From the human T2T-CHM13v2.0 reference genome, Homo sapiens, in assembly GCF_009914755.1 (NCBI RefSeq), contig NC_060936.1: DNA of 64,000 bases, one strand, 5' to 3'. The number at the start of each line of letters is the position of its first letter. Positions within the stretch are counted from its first letter, which is position 1. Below the pieces are notes generated by a model. It was not told the origin of the DNA. It saw nothing but the letters and a program-made list of their open reading frames with translations, and did no database searches. Position numbers and translations under genes: made by a program. Shown here one piece after another: positions 14,303 to 31,729 of the stretch.

Positions 14303-17300
14303 TTAAGTAGGAAGGGGTTTTTCCTCAGGATCAGCTGTGGGAGCCTTTTTAATCTGGGACGTTTCCTTCCAAAATAGGAGACGCAAATCCTTCAATGGTT
14401 CACAGGTGTATCGAGGCTGGTCTGGCTGAACTTGGGACGCCTGAGCTGATGATCCCGCAGGTTCTTCAGGGGGTGTCCAAAGTTTAACTTGGGTGTAGTG
14501 AATCCAAGATTCCACTCCTGCCACCTTAACTGCAGTGGGGGTACAGAGGATTACTGAGTTTGGTCCTTCCCACAAGGAATTCATGGATGGGGAGGTAGAG
14601 GAGAGGGACTTGACCAACACTAGATCTCCCGGTTGGAACAATTCTGTTCCCTTGTCTCTGTGACATCCTTCGGGTAGGTTTTTAGGGTTTTGTTGATATT
14701 TTGCCAAGGAAGTTATATCCTTGACCTAGTTGGCTGTTTCCTGATCAAGTAGGAGGTCATCTGTGAGAAAAGGTCGTCCATACAGCATTTCATATGGACT
14801 GAGCCATATTTTGTGAGAAGAATTTCGGATTCTTAACAAGGCCATGGGAAAAAGAGTAGGCCATGGGAGATGAGTTTCTTGTATTAGTTTCCTTAAGTGC
14901 CTCTTGAGTGTTTCATTTGCCTTCTTGACCTTCCCTGAGGGTTGTGGCCTCCAGGAGCAGTGAAGGTGATATTGTATCCCTAGCACCCTGGAAATTCCCT
15001 GAGTTACCGTGGCTTTAAAAGTCAGACCATTGTTGCTTTGTAAGCTTTAGGGAAGCCCAAATCTATATTTCATGAATTAGGACTGTAACCACTTCCTGAG
15101 CCTTCTCTGTCTTGCAGGGGAAGGCTTCTGTCCAATTTGTAAAGGTATCAACACAGACCAACAAGTATTGAAATCCCCTTGACTTAGGCATATGGGTCAA
15201 GTCTAACTGCTAGTCCTCTCTGGGATAGTGCCCTATTCTTTGTTCCCCAAGAGGGGCCTTACAATGGACCAAGGATTATTCCTTTGGCACACCTCACAGG
15301 CTTTGACTACTTGTCGGATGGTCCAGAGGAGATTTGGCCCTGTAAATAGGGATTTGGCCATTTGATGAGTGTTCGCAATACCCATATGAAAAGTTTAGTG
15401 GAGGGTCTTAAGTATTTTCCACTGGCTGGCTTCGGGTATGAGTACCTTTCCCTCTTCTGTCGTTAACCACCCCAAGGGGAGAAAACGATGAAAGTGCCCC
15501 CTGTGAAAGTCCCCATTCTGTTTTGGTTGGGGAATACTAGGGCTTAATCTCTTGGAGAGGGTTGTTCCATAGCAAGGGTCCTTCCATAGGTATTTCTAAT
15601 GGGAGGTTCTGCCTGGCAGCAATTTTGGCCTCAGCGTCTGCCTGACAGTTTCCTTCTGCCTTCTCTCCTTCATCTTTTTGATGGCTTCAGCAGTGTAAGA
15701 TTGTGACATCCTTGGGTTTTTGCATTGCATGCAATAACTCCATGATTTCTTTGTGGTATTTAATGGGGGTTCCCCCATAGGTTAGGAACTCCCTTTCTTT
15801 CCATATTGCAGCATGGGCATGTAGGATTAGATAAGCATACTTGATATCTGTATACACATTTATTCTTTTTTCCTTTCCCAGTTCTAAGGCTCGGGTAAGT
15901 GCCACTAGTTCTGCTAACTGGGTGCTGGTCCCTGGGGGAAGAGGCTTACTTTCAAGTACTGTCACTAACTGTGGCATAACCTGCCCTTTGTATCCCATTC
16001 TCCCCAAATGAACTTTCATTGGTATGTAGGTTAAGGTCAGGATTAGCTAAGGGGACTTCTAAGAGATCCTCTCGGGTGGCATAAGTCTGGGCTACAATTT
16101 GTTGGCAGTCATGCCCGATTGGTTCCCCATCCTCTGGGAGAAAAGGGTTGAGGGCCGCACACATGCATATTTGAAGCACCAGTCCCTCAAGGAGTAGCTC
16201 CTGGTATCTAAGCAGGCAGTTGTCTGATAGCCATAAATTTCCTTTGGCACCTAGTATGCCATTTACATTATGAGTAGTCCAGACGGTGAGATCCTTTCCT
16301 TGTATTATTTTGACAGCCTCTGATACTAAGCTGGCCACTGCCACAACTACCTGTAAAAAGTGAGGGCAGCCTTTTGCTACTACATCAATTTCCTTACTTA
16401 GGTAGGCCACTGGTTGTGGGGTTGTCCCACGAGTCTGAGTAAGGACTCTAAGAGCCCTTCCTGCTCTCTCTGTAACGTATAAAGAGAAGTTTTGTCCTGT
16501 GGGAAAGCTTAAGGCTGGAGCTTGTATTAGGGCCTACTTTAAGGTTTTGAAGGCTGTTTCTGCCTCTGGTTCCCATTCTATTAGATGAATATTTGCCCTC
16601 TGAGTCTCCTTGATTAGAGTATAGAGTGGCCTGGCCATCTCACTGTATCCAGGGATCCATAGTCAGCAAAAGCTGGTGATCCCAAGGAACCCCTGCAACA
16701 GTTTTAATGTCTTAGGGCAAGGACAAGCCAGTATAGGCTGTATTTGTTCTTTGCTGAGGGCCCAGGCTTCCTCTGGCTAAGATTAGGCCTAGATTTTTGA
16801 CTTATTATAGGCAGATCTGGGCCTTCGATTTAGATGCCTTGTACCCTTGCTTAGCTAGAAAGTTCAAGAGATCTAGAGTAGCCTGCTGGCATAAGGCTTC
16901 CGAACTGGTCGCCAAAAGTAAATCATCCACATACTGAAGGACCAGAGTGCCTGGACTTGAGAAGTGGCCTAAATCTTGGGCCAGTGCCTGACCAAACAGA
17001 TGAGGGCTATCCCTAAACCCTTGAGGCAAGACTGTCCATGTAAATTGGGATGTGTGGTCTGTGGGATCCTCAAAGGGAAACAGAAACTGGGAGTCAGAGT
17101 GCAGGGAAATGCAGAAGGTGGCATCCTTGAGGTCCAGAACAGTGAATCATTCTGCTTGCTCTGGTATTTGAGAGAGCAGGGTGTAAGGGTTGGGTACAAC
17201 TGGATATAGAGGAATTACTGCCTCATTGATGAGTCTAAGATCTTGCACTAGTCTCCACTGACTGTTCAGTTTTTGTACTCCTAAATTGAGGTGTGGCAGG

Positions 17301-17869
17301 GACTGCTGCATTTCCTTACTAAGCCTTGAACTTTTAAATGTCTAACAATGTCCTTTAATCCTTTATGAGCTTCAGGCCTTAAGGGATATTGCTTTTGATA
17401 AGGAAAAGTGGTAGGGTCTTTTAGCCTGATTTGGACTGAGTGGGCATTTTTTTGCCCTTCTGAATTGTCCTTCCAATGCCCAGACTTCAGGGTTAATTCC
17501 CTCCTCAAGTAGGGGACAACAAATGGGTAACTTGTTCCCGATATTCATATAGATAATAGCTCCAGCTTTGGCCAATATGTCCCTCCCTAATAAGAGTGTA
17601 AGACTTTCAGGCATAACAAGAAAGGCAAGTGAAAAGAGCAAAGTCTCCCAATTACAACTGAGGAGGTGGGAGAAATACCTGGTTACAGGCTGTCCCAGGA
17701 TTCCTCAGGTGGTAACGGACCTTGGGGACAGCCATCCGGGGCAGGAGATTAAAACTGAGTAGGTCACGCCAGTGTCCAGGAGGAAGTCAATTTCCTGGCC
17801 CTCAGTGGTTAAACTTACCTGGGGCTCAGTGAGGGTGATGGCATGAGCTGGCGCTTGCCCCAGGCACCC
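14303..17869 (-). pseudogene. ERV9 pro-pol, broken
   Basis: Protease LLDTG and [15 protein letters not shown] and QYVDDLLL, RNaseH QLAELVAL and TDIKYA, IN WRPQPSGKV and SPYEMLYGRP; split over several ORFs. Confidence 0.92.
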
Positions 17870-19658
17870 TCAGTCCTGTTGTTGGATCATCTGGTTGGGG
17901 GCTTCTGGCCCAGAGAACCTTGGTCCTCTGGGGCAGTGCACCTTCCAGTGATTGCCTTGGCATAGTGGACGGGGGTGGGGGGGCAGCTTGTTTCTCGTTG
18001 GACAATCTTTTTTAAAGTGTCCTTGCAAACCACACTGATAACAAGCCCTACCAGGTGATTGGCCTGCTCCGTTTTCTGGCCTCTCTGAACCACCAAGGTT
18101 TGTTTGCCTGAGGGCCATGACTAAGGCTGTGGCCTTTCTCTTATCTCGCTTTTCCTTTTCGGCCTGTTCCTCTTGGTGCCTATTATAGAACACTGAGGTT
18201 GCCAGATTTAATAATGCCTCCCAATTTTGTTCAGGGCCCAGGGCTAACTTTTGGAGCTTTCTCCTGATATCTGTGGCTGATTGGGTAATAAACTTCTCTT
18301 TTAGGATCAATTGACCCTCGAGGGAGTTGGGTGACAGGGGAGTATATTTTCTTAAGTCCTCCTGTAGTCACTCAAGGAAGGCGGAAGGATTTTCTTCCTT
18401 TTCCTGAGGACATCATTGAATAATTCATGGGCTTTTTCCTAATTCTCCTTAGTCCTTCTAGAACACAGGTCAACAGATGTTTGCAACTCCAGTCCCCATG
18501 ATCTGAGTCTAGGTCCCAGTGGGGATCCATACTATGGATGGCTTGCTGACCAGTAGGGAATTTGTCCCTTTCTTCAGCTGTCATTCTATCATTTACTTGA
18601 CTAAGATACCAGATATCTCCAAACTCTCGGGCTGCAGCTAAAGCCACATTTTTTTCATTAAAGGCCAGGGTTTGATCTAACAATAGCATGACATCTCTCC
18701 AAGTGAGGTTGAAGGTTTGCCCTAGACCCTGTAGGACATCTATATACCTATCAGGATCACCTGAAAACTTCCCCAGGTCTACCTTGATCTGCTTTAAATC
18801 AGAGAGAGAGAAGGAGATGTGTACCCTGGTTGGGCCAAATTCCCCTCCCCCTACAGCTTGAAAGGGACATAACCGATAGCCTGAGGGGTTCTGTAGCCCC
18901 TTAGAGATTTCTTTGGTTGTTTCCTTCTGGGTGGGGGAAGTTAGAGGAGGCTTACAATTAATAGGAAGGGGAGCTGTAGGGAGGCTAGGATATGGAGGTA
19001 AGCTGAGAGGCCCTCCTGTGGAATGTAAATTGCAAGCTTTGCATAGTTTTGGATTATCCTTCTATGAAAAGAAAGCTTGGACATAACGTATTTCACTCCA
19101 TTTGCCTTCCCTCTTACAGAAAAGGTCAAGCTGAGGAGGTAGGAGACATACCTGGTTACAGGCTGTCCCAGGATTCCTCAGATGGTAACGGACCTTGGGG
19201 ACAGCCGTCCAGGGCAGGAGATTAAAACGGAGAAGGTCACGCCAGTGTCCAGGAGGAAGTCAATTTCCTGGCCCTCAGTGGTTAATCTTACCCGGGGCTC
19301 AGTGAGGGTGATGGCATGAGCTGGCACTTGCCCCAGGCACCCTCATTCCTGTTGTTGGATCATCTGGTTGGGGGCTTCTGGCCCAGAGAACCTTTGTCCT
19401 CTGGGGCAGTGTGCCTTCCAGTGATTGCCTTGGCATAGTGGACATGAGCGAGGGGGTGGCTTGTTTCTCGTTGGAAAGTATTGTAATTTATACTTCCCTC
19501 AGGTGGCCATTTTTCCCCATCAGAGAGAGAATGTTGGGGCCAGACCATAGTGCAGAAAAAGAAAAGCCCTTCTTTTTCAAGGTTTGCAGGTCAAATTGGT
19601 CCCAATGGCTTAGGATGCATCTCAAGGGTAAGCTTGTTGATGCCCGAGTGTTTCCCAT
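17870..19658 (-). pseudogene. ERV9 gag, broken
   Basis: [23 protein letters not shown] start, CA fragments, NC zinc knuckle CYQCGLQGHFKKDC, ends QQQD*; contains frameshifts, stops and an internal insertion. Confidence 0.9.
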
Positions 19659-20833
19659 CTGAAAGAAAAAACTGCCCCTGTTTTGGTCTGCTTTTTTTTT
19701 CCCCGCCCAAGAACCCACAACAGTCCCTAGACCCTGCTATTCAGAGTAGTTGTGCTCACCGAAGCAGCAGTGGAAACACTAGTTTTCCTCCTAGACCACA
19801 AAGAGGACTGAGGAAGTTCGGATTTAGTGGCCCTTACTGATGCATTCTTGAAAACCTGCACCCTTGCCTTTCCTCTTAGACCACAAAGAGGACTGAGAAA
19901 GGTTGGATTTAGTGGCCCTTACCAATGTATTCTCAAAAACCTGTTAAAGTCCTAAGCGATTTCTCCTGTTGGTATTGGGACCTTACCCTTGTCCTATAAA
20001 GATGATATGCCTCAAAATGAAGTGGAGGGCCATACCCTGAGGGAGAGAAGGGATCTCCAGGGTTGGAAGAGTGACGCCTTTTGTCCTCACTTCTCATCAT
20101 ATGAATAGGAAGGATATCCCCCCAAATTTGGAGTCTGTAATTTCTGTGGCTCCCCATATCCTAGCTTCGGGAATAGGCTTTGTTAGGCCTGCTAGTCTGA
20201 CGAGGGATCCTAAAATTCCAGATAGTGCCCCCACTGATGGGGCTTCAGGCAAAAATTATGTCTTTCTGATTGGTGAGCCCAGGTGCCTAAAAAAGGGAGC
20301 AGAATCCCGAAATTTATATTATAAATCATCCTTATAGGAGAAACTAGAAGAGCACCAGGGACAGGGAGTGGTTTTTAGACTCAGGACTAGCCTCAGAAAA
20401 GAGAGGTGGGAGGAAGTTTGTCTGACAGGCATTAGGACCCAGGAGGCAAGGGTCAGGATAGATAGGATAGGTGGGCAAGTCTCGCTTGGGTGACATAACT
20501 TTGAGAGTTCCACTCATGGCTGCAGGGTCAACCACTTTTTGTCAGGACCCTGGAGCTGAATGGCTTTCCTCTCTGTTGACCCTTGGCTCAGCCCAGAAGT
20601 GCAGGAAAAGCAGAAGCTGGTTGCAGGCAAACCAACACTTCCGCTTCCAAAGAGTCAGAGGTTATTAGAGAGCCCTTTCCCAGAAAGCCTGACACCCGTG
20701 TCTTTAGTACAGCAGCCACACTAGTTGCTTTTAACTGGCCAACAGATGCCCAGTGTTTAGTCCCTGAATTCTAAGGAAAAATAGGACAGAATAGCAAGTG
20801 AAAGGGGTCTGATGGTACTCACCACGTGGCAAT

Positions 20834-20851
20834 ATCCTGGACGAGCCCACA
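20834..20851 (-). promoter_or_regulatory. PBS of the ERV9-type provirus, tRNA-Pro-like (TGTGGGCTCGTCCAGGAT)
   Basis: 3 nt after the 5' LTR end; 16/18 match to the canonical PBS-Pro TGGGGGCTCGTCCGGGAT. Confidence 0.85.
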
Positions 20852-22301
20852 AGATATGTCAGGAGTTGGTTCCTGCCGGTGGGTTCGTGGTCTTGCTGAC
20901 TTCAATAATGAAGCCATGGACCTTTGCGGTGAGTGTTACAGCTCTTAAAGATGGCACGGACCCAAACAGTGAGTGGTAGCAAGATTTATTGTGAAGAGCA
21001 AAAGGACAAAGCTTCCACAGCATGAAAGGGGAACTAAGCGGGTTGCTGCTGCTGGCTGGGGTGGCCAGCTTTTATTCCTTTATTTGTCACCTCCCATGTT
21101 CCATTTCTGTCCTATCAGAGTGCCCTTTTTTCAATCCTCCTCGTGATTGGCTACTTTTAGACTCCTGTTGATTGGTGCATTTTACAGAGCGCTGATTGGT
21201 GCATTTTACAGAGCACTGATTGGTGCGTTTTACAGAACGTTGATTGGTGCATTTTACAGAGTGCTGATTGGTGCATTTTACAAACCTCTTGTAATACAGG
21301 AAAGTTCCCCAAGTCCCCACTCGACCCAGGAAGTCCAGCTGGCCTCACCTCTCACCAGGACCTTATTAAAATGATACTAAAGGAATTTTTTTTTAAATCA
21401 ATCCACAACACATAAGACAGGAGCAGGGCTTCTGGGGATGAGAGTTATAAAAGTTCTGACTGAAATTTGATGAAGGAGAGAAAAGTCATGAAATAGTGTG
21501 GAGGAAGCACAGCCAAGAAGTCAGTAGAATAAGATGCTTTGAAAAGGGACCCAATTAGCCCTGCAAAACCTCTGAGAAATTCAGGACTTGGAAACACTAA
21601 GCAGGCCAGAGAGTGGGACCTGGGGCTTAAAAAGGAAGAATTAACTTAAAGTTTATATCAAGAATTAAGTCAGCAAGTCTACTCTTACAAGCATAATGTC
21701 TGCAGTTTAGGTGTTTCTCCATCTTCTAGGAAAAAATACAACAACAGCAACAAAGCTAAAAAAAATAGAGTGTTCTCTTCTAAGAAATTTAACAAATAAT
21801 CTGGAAGCATTATGGAAATTAGAAAGGAAGTTCACATTTAAGCACCAAGTCCTGTGTATTCTGGAGTTTGCATCACTTAGGATGACTTTATTTATAGGTA
21901 TCAGAAATCTCTAATTCTAAAAATGTGGAGATGTGATATCTTACATGTTTGAATGTAGAGTGACTAGGATTTCCCAATTCAATGGCTGAATGACACCATC
22001 AAGGGCCCAGCATCATTCCACCTCTCTGTCCTGTGCTCTTCATATCCCCAGGGATTATTCATAGACTTGAAAACATCTAAAGAAGAAAAGAAACGATATT
22101 TTGGTCTCTTTTTTTAATTTGAAGCACTTTTTCCAGAAGTTCCCAACGGTTTTACCTCCATGTTTTTGTTTTTGTTTTTGTTTTTTGAGACAGGGTGTCT
22201 CGCTTTGTCACCCAGGCTGGAGTGCAGTGGTGCAATCTTGGCTCACTGTAACCTCTACCTCCTGAGTGCAAGTGATCATCCCATCTCAGCCTCCTGAGTA
22301 G

Positions 22302-22484
<183 letters not shown>

Positions 22485-22851
22485 TGACCAAAATTGCAAC
22501 ACAAGCCGATGCCTAAACAAACCACTGGCAAGAGGAATTGGAATTCTCATGTATTAGTTTAGCCAAATCAGGATTTACCCTTGAGTTAAGGACAGGTTCA
22601 CCTAGCTAGGCAGAAAAGCGTGGACACCTGAACCCAAAGAAGGATTATGTTAGCAAGGGAAAAACTAAAAATGAATTCTGGGTAAGCATCCAACAATGTC
22701 TGTTTTCCAAAGTACATGGTCTGCTTTTCATCCATTCACACTAAAGCAAACCTCCTAATTGACAAAGCTCTACCTAAAAATACTGAGTTCCCAGTCAGTT
22801 TTTCTACTGCATCATTTAAAAACAAAAAACTGGGCTGGGTGTAGTGACTCA

Positions 22852-23215
<364 letters not shown>

Positions 23216-23657
23216 TCAGCCTTGATGTAGGAAAAGGACTGATACTGGACAAGACTTCCCATTATACGCAGCTGTCAAAGTTGGAAAAAGAAATAAGTCC
23301 TTTTAGACATCCATCAATAGGAAACACAGAACTGTGATACCAGATGACAGGGAAATGATGCAAGATTCACAATCACCCTGGCTCTTTGTGTGGAAACACT
23401 TTCCTGTGTGGTGGTATCTCTGAGCTGAGGAGACATATCAGAGAGAAAGAAGCTGCACAGAAAAGAAACTCCAGGCCAGGTGAAGTGGCTCACACCTGTA
23501 ATCCCAGAACTTTGGCAGGTCAAGGTAGGCACATTGCTTGAGGTCAGGAGTTCAAGACCAACCTGACCAACATGGTGAAATCCCATCTCTACTAAAAATA
23601 GGAAAATAAGCCAGGTGTGGTAGCATGCACCTGTAATCCCAGCTACTCAGGAGGCTA

Positions 23658-23999
<342 letters not shown>

Positions 24000-24297
24000 C
24001 TAGGCAAAGTATTTCATCTAGCTCTAAGCTTTCTTTCATGAACACTTGATATTAAATCCTACACAGCCCTGGCCAATAAGCACTTGAAAATTTGCATGAG
24101 GGCTGGGTGTGGTGGCTCATGCCTGTAATCCCAGCAACTTGTGAGGCAGAGGCTGGAGGATCACTTGAAGTCAGCAGTTAGAGACTAGCCTGGCTAACAT
24201 GGTGAAACCCTGTCTCTACTAAAAATACTAAAATTAACTGGGTGTGGTGGCACATGCCTGTGCTACTAGCTACTTGGGAGGCTGAGGCATGGGATCA

Positions 24298-24684
<387 letters not shown>

Positions 24685-24827
24685 CTACTATTAGGTATCT
24701 AACTTTATTCCAACTACAAAAGGAGATAAACTATAAGATTAATAAGTAATTTAGTTCCACTTCTGTCACCTTGAATGGAAAAGAAAAAAAAGTAAGTAAT
24801 TTAGGATGTTATTGGATACAACTATGA

Positions 24828-25106
<279 letters not shown>

Positions 25107-26450
25107 TGACCTCAGGTGATCCATCTGCCTCGGCCTCTCAAAGTGCTGGGATTAAGGTGTAAGCCACTGTGCCCGGCCTAGGAAGACAAGTTTTTTAAAG
25201 GAAAAATGAGGAGGATCACTGGCTAAAAGGATCAATAACGAGGGTGGAGCCAGTCAGAGTATGGACAAGCAGTTGCTGGGCAGGTGTCCTCACAGAAATG
25301 TTTTGTTTTGTTTAGTTTTGCAAGATTGCTATGGCCTTTGTGCAAGGCTGTCATTTTTGCAGTCTTTTACCGTAATTCTTGTTATCAGACTTTGGGCATG
25401 AGAATCCTCCCTTCATGGCTTTCTGAGGCTCTATTTTTCAGGGTTTTGTTGTTTGGCTTTTTTTTTTTTTTGAGACAGAGTCTTACTTTGTCCCCAAGGC
25501 TGAAGTGCAGTGGCACGATCATAGCTCATTGTAGCTTTCACTTCCTAGGCTCAAACCATCCTCCTCAGCCTCCCAAGTAGCTGAGACTACAGGCATGGGC
25601 CACCATGCCAGCTAATTTTTGTATGTTTTGTACAGATAGGGTTTCACCATGCTACCTAGGCTGGTCTTGAACTCCTGGACTCAAATGTTATGCCAGCCTT
25701 GGCCTCCCAAAGTGCTGGGATTACAGATGTGCACCACTATCCCCGGCCTTGTAAGGGTTTTTAACACAAGTGACTCCATTATGATTCTGACAACTTTCAC
25801 ACTTTGTCCCTTGAGTTGGTGTCCAGGAAAGTACATCACAATCTCTCCTACGTAGCCTGTTTTGATGCCCCCTAACAAAATTGCTCTATCTGAAGTCAAC
25901 AGTCTATTGTGAGACTTTGTACTACTTGATCTTTCTACAACAGCTGACATAGGTGATCAAACTATTTCATGAAACATTTTCTCTCCTTACCTTCATGTGA
26001 TTTTTCTCTACAGCATTTTCTCCTTCTTGTCTTACCATTCCCTTGTAGTGTCCCACTCTCCCCACAAACAAACAAAATCTCCAAAACATTAGTGTCCTTG
26101 TGGGTTGTGTTTTGTTTTTTGGTCCCCTTCCTGTCTTCCTGAATGGTCTCGTTCATAGCCTCTGCCACACGGAGGGCCTAATTACTCCCGTGTCTGTATC
26201 TCTAGATGCATATTTCTAACTGACTACCAGATATCTTTGCCTGGGTGCCCTGCAGGCATCTCAAATTTAGAATACCCAAAGCTTATCTTCCATTCCACTT
26301 CTTCCAAAACCTACCCCTCCTCCTTCATTCTCTATCTTAGGGAGCGGTACCCGTCTCCACCCAGCAACCCAAGCCAGAAACCTGGGTCTCATGCTCAACT
26401 CCTCTCTCTCTGTGCTCAGTGCACTATTAAGTTCTCTTAATATCTCTTTA

Positions 26451-26756
<306 letters not shown>

Positions 26757-26759
26757 TCA

Positions 26760-27050
<291 letters not shown>

Positions 27051-27259
27051 TTAGAATAGAGACCATCGGACTTAGGGATGTCACTATTAAGAAATGTTTA
27101 AAAAGTGGTTTTGAGAACTAACATAGTTTTGCCTTTTAAAAAATGTTGTCAAGGCACTGAAAAACAGTATCTATTATCACTGTCATTTTATAATAATAAT
27201 GTAAAATGACTAACTTCAAAAAATAAAAAAAACCATACTCTCAGAAGACAGTTCTTTAA

Positions 27260-27522
<263 letters not shown>

Positions 27523-28012
27523 TGATCCTCCTGCCTCAGCCTCCCAAAGTTTTGAGATTTGTCCTGAGGCTGACCAGGCACATCTTTGCCCTGAGTCTAA
27601 AGATCTTTTAGATCCCTTGAGAAATTCCTCAGCTGACCGGGCACGATGGCTCACGTCTGTAATCCCAGCTACTTGGGAGGCTGAGGCATGAGAATGGCTT
27701 GAACCTGGGAGGCAGAGGTTGCAGTAAGCTGAGATCGCACCCACTGCACTCCAGCCTGGGTGACAATGCGAGACTCCATCTCAAAAAAAAAAAAAGAAAG
27801 GAAAAATCCCTCAGCTTTGTGATAGACTATCTTAGAATAAAAAAGAATTAATAAATAAGTAAAGTGTTAGCATCTTATTTCATTTGTTTACACATCTGTC
27901 TCATTGAATTCTAAACTTTCTTGAGCGTACAGATTTCTGTCTTATTCAGTTTTGTGTTTTTCACCAAGCAAAATTACTCCCAGTCTGCAATTCTCCTGCT
28001 TCAGCCTCCTGA

Positions 28013-28241
<229 letters not shown>

Positions 28242-29872
28242 TAGCCAGGATGGTCTCGATCTCCTGACCTCGTGATCCGCCCTCCTCGGCCTCCCAAACT
28301 TCTGGGATTACAGGTGTGAGCCACCGTGCCTGGCATTTTTTTTTTTTTTTTTGAGATGGAGTTTCTGTTACCCAGGCTGGAATGCAGTGGTGTGATGTCG
28401 GCTCACTGCAACCTCAATAAATATTTACTGAATTGATTTGAAATTTCAACTGGGAAGGTAGAATTCAAAATCATTAAACTTTTGGTATCTGATAACCTGG
28501 CTTTGGATTCTGACTCCACTATTCACTTGCTGTATGACCTGGGGCAAGTTGCCTAAACTCTCTCTGTAATTTCCTCAACTCAGAAATGGATTAAATGAGA
28601 TAATGAATGTAATATGCTGGGTGCTTAAGTGCTATTTATATAGTGAGTATTTACTGAGCTCCTACTATGCCTTAGGTTTGAGGCAGGTGCTGGTGATAGT
28701 GCAGAAAATATGCAGGGGCCGGGTGCAGTGGCTCACACCTGTAATCCCAGTACTTGGAGGCCGAGGTGGGCAGATTGCTTGAGTTCAGGGGTTCAATACC
28801 AGCCTGAGCAATGTGTTGAAACATCATCTCAAATAAAAAAAAAAAAAAATTAGCCAAGTGTGGTGGCATGTACCTATAGTCCCAGTACTCAGGACGCTGA
28901 AGTGGGAATCACTTGAGCCTAGGAGGTTGAGGCTGTAGTGAGCTGTGATTGTACCACTACACTGCAGCCTGGATGGCAGAGTGAGACTACCTGTCTCAAA
29001 AAAAAAAAAAAAAAAAAAAGAAAGAAAGAAAAGGAAAGGGAAATGTAATATGCAGGGCTCCTGGGGAGACAGCCATAAAACAAATAACCACATAAATAAA
29101 TTCATTACACATTGTGATAAGTACCATGAAAAAAAGTTAAGAATTCAATGAAAGGTTGTGAGAGGAGGACCTGATTTAGAAAATTATGGAAGGATTCCCT
29201 GAAAAAGTGGCACTGAAGCTGAAACTTAAAGGATGGGGAGGTTCTCTATTTCCCCACCCCCCCAACTCATTCCTCAACACTTTTTTTTTGTGTGTGTGAT
29301 GGAGTCTCGCTCTGTTGCCCAGGCTATAGTGCCTTGGCACAATCCTGGCTCACTGCAACCTCCGCCTCCCGGGTTCAAGCAATTTTATGCCTCAGCCTCC
29401 CGAGTAGCTGGGATTACAGGCACCCACCACCATGCCTGGCTAATTTTTGTATTTTTAGTAGAGGCGGGGTTTCACCATGTTGGCCAGACTGGTCTTGAAC
29501 TCCTGACCTCATGATCCACCCACCTTGGCCTCCCAAAATGCTGGGATTACAGGTGTGAGCCACCGCGCCCAGCCTCCTCAACACTCTTTAGTCTGGTTTC
29601 CATCTCTCTACCTAAATAGCTCTTGCTAAGGTCACCAATGGCATCCAAATTACTATGTACATCAGTCCTCTTGCGTGACCTCCTAGCTACACTTAACACA
29701 GTTAATCATGCCCTCCTTCTTGAGAAGGTCTTCCCTTGGCTTCTCTAATAAGAAATGCCTCCTGATCATTTCCTCCCTCTCTGGTTACCTCGTCAGTCCT
29801 CTTTGAAGGTTCATCTACCCCACTCATTCATTAAATGTTCCCCAAGGCTTAGTCTCAGGTTCGCTTTTTTTC

Positions 29873-30261
29873 TGTCAGCCTAAATAACAGAGAGAGTCTC
29901 TGTAAAAGAAAAAGATATGTGGTAAATTATGTGCATATCCAGGGAGGTTTAAAAAAAGATAAAGGTATTTAAAGGAAAAATGAGAAGGATAATTGTTTTG
30001 AGATAATTATCCTTGGCTACAAAGATCAATAAAAAAAGTGATGCCAGTCCAGAGTCATACAGGCAGTTGCTGGGTAGATGTCCTTGTAGAAGTATTTTTT
30101 TGTGTACAGTTGGGATGGCCTTTATGCAAAGTTGTGGTTTTTGCAGAGTCTTTTGTGATAGTTTTTGTTATTAGGCATCCAAGTGTGAGAACCCTCTTTT
30201 TATAGCCCTCCTCAGCTCTTTTTGTGTGAGTTTTTTAACACTAGTGACTCCATTTTGATTT

Positions 30262-30275
<14 letters not shown>
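29873..30275 (-). mobile_element. MER39/MER34-group solo LTR; related copies at about 25190-25801 (-, Alu-interrupted) and about 30927-31380 (+)
   Basis: Shared end GTGACTCCATT(T/A)TGATT(T/C)TGACAACTT and shared internal motifs between the copies; the RPL29 retrocopy inserted at its terminus. Confidence 0.6.
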
Positions 30276-30915
<640 letters not shown>

Positions 30916-31366
30916 ACTCTAGACTTTGTGAAGGTTGAAGATGCCAAAATGAAATCGGTTTTGTCAGACACAGACAAAAAAGGGCCAGGAAGGTTGAAAG
31001 GAGAGGAGGCCTATGCTTATATGTCTAAGAATTGTTTCCAAGGATGTTCAAAAAGCTCTTCCGCATCCTTCAAGCATCTCCTGATTTGATAAGGTTTATC
31101 ACTAGACATTTTTTAGGACTGCTGTAATTCAGGTAAAATGTTCTCAGAACACTTACCCAGTAAGGTGTCTCCACCAATGAAATGACAACTCTGGCTTTGA
31201 GCCTCTAGAAACAATGATCTGTTTCTAAGCAGTTTATATAAATCTCTTTTTTGTTAATAAAAGCTCCCCTTCCCTCACTGAGTGCACTGGAGGCTTGCCA
31301 TTTCCTGCATTCTGGATTATAATCCTTATTTCTATTCCCAAGTAAACCCAACATGTTTAGAGATAA

Positions 31367-31627
<261 letters not shown>

Positions 31628-31729
31628 TAAATTGCTAGGATTACAGGTGTGAGCCACCACACCTGGCCGTTTTTTCTTTTTTTTGAGACAAGGTCTCACT
31701 CTGTCATCAAGACTGGAGTGCAGTGGTGA

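Noticed and set aside
19784-19945. About 75-bp imperfect direct repeat in the ERV9 leader
   Set aside because: It appears to be an ordinary feature of HERV9/HERV-W-like pre-gag leaders rather than something specific to this locus.
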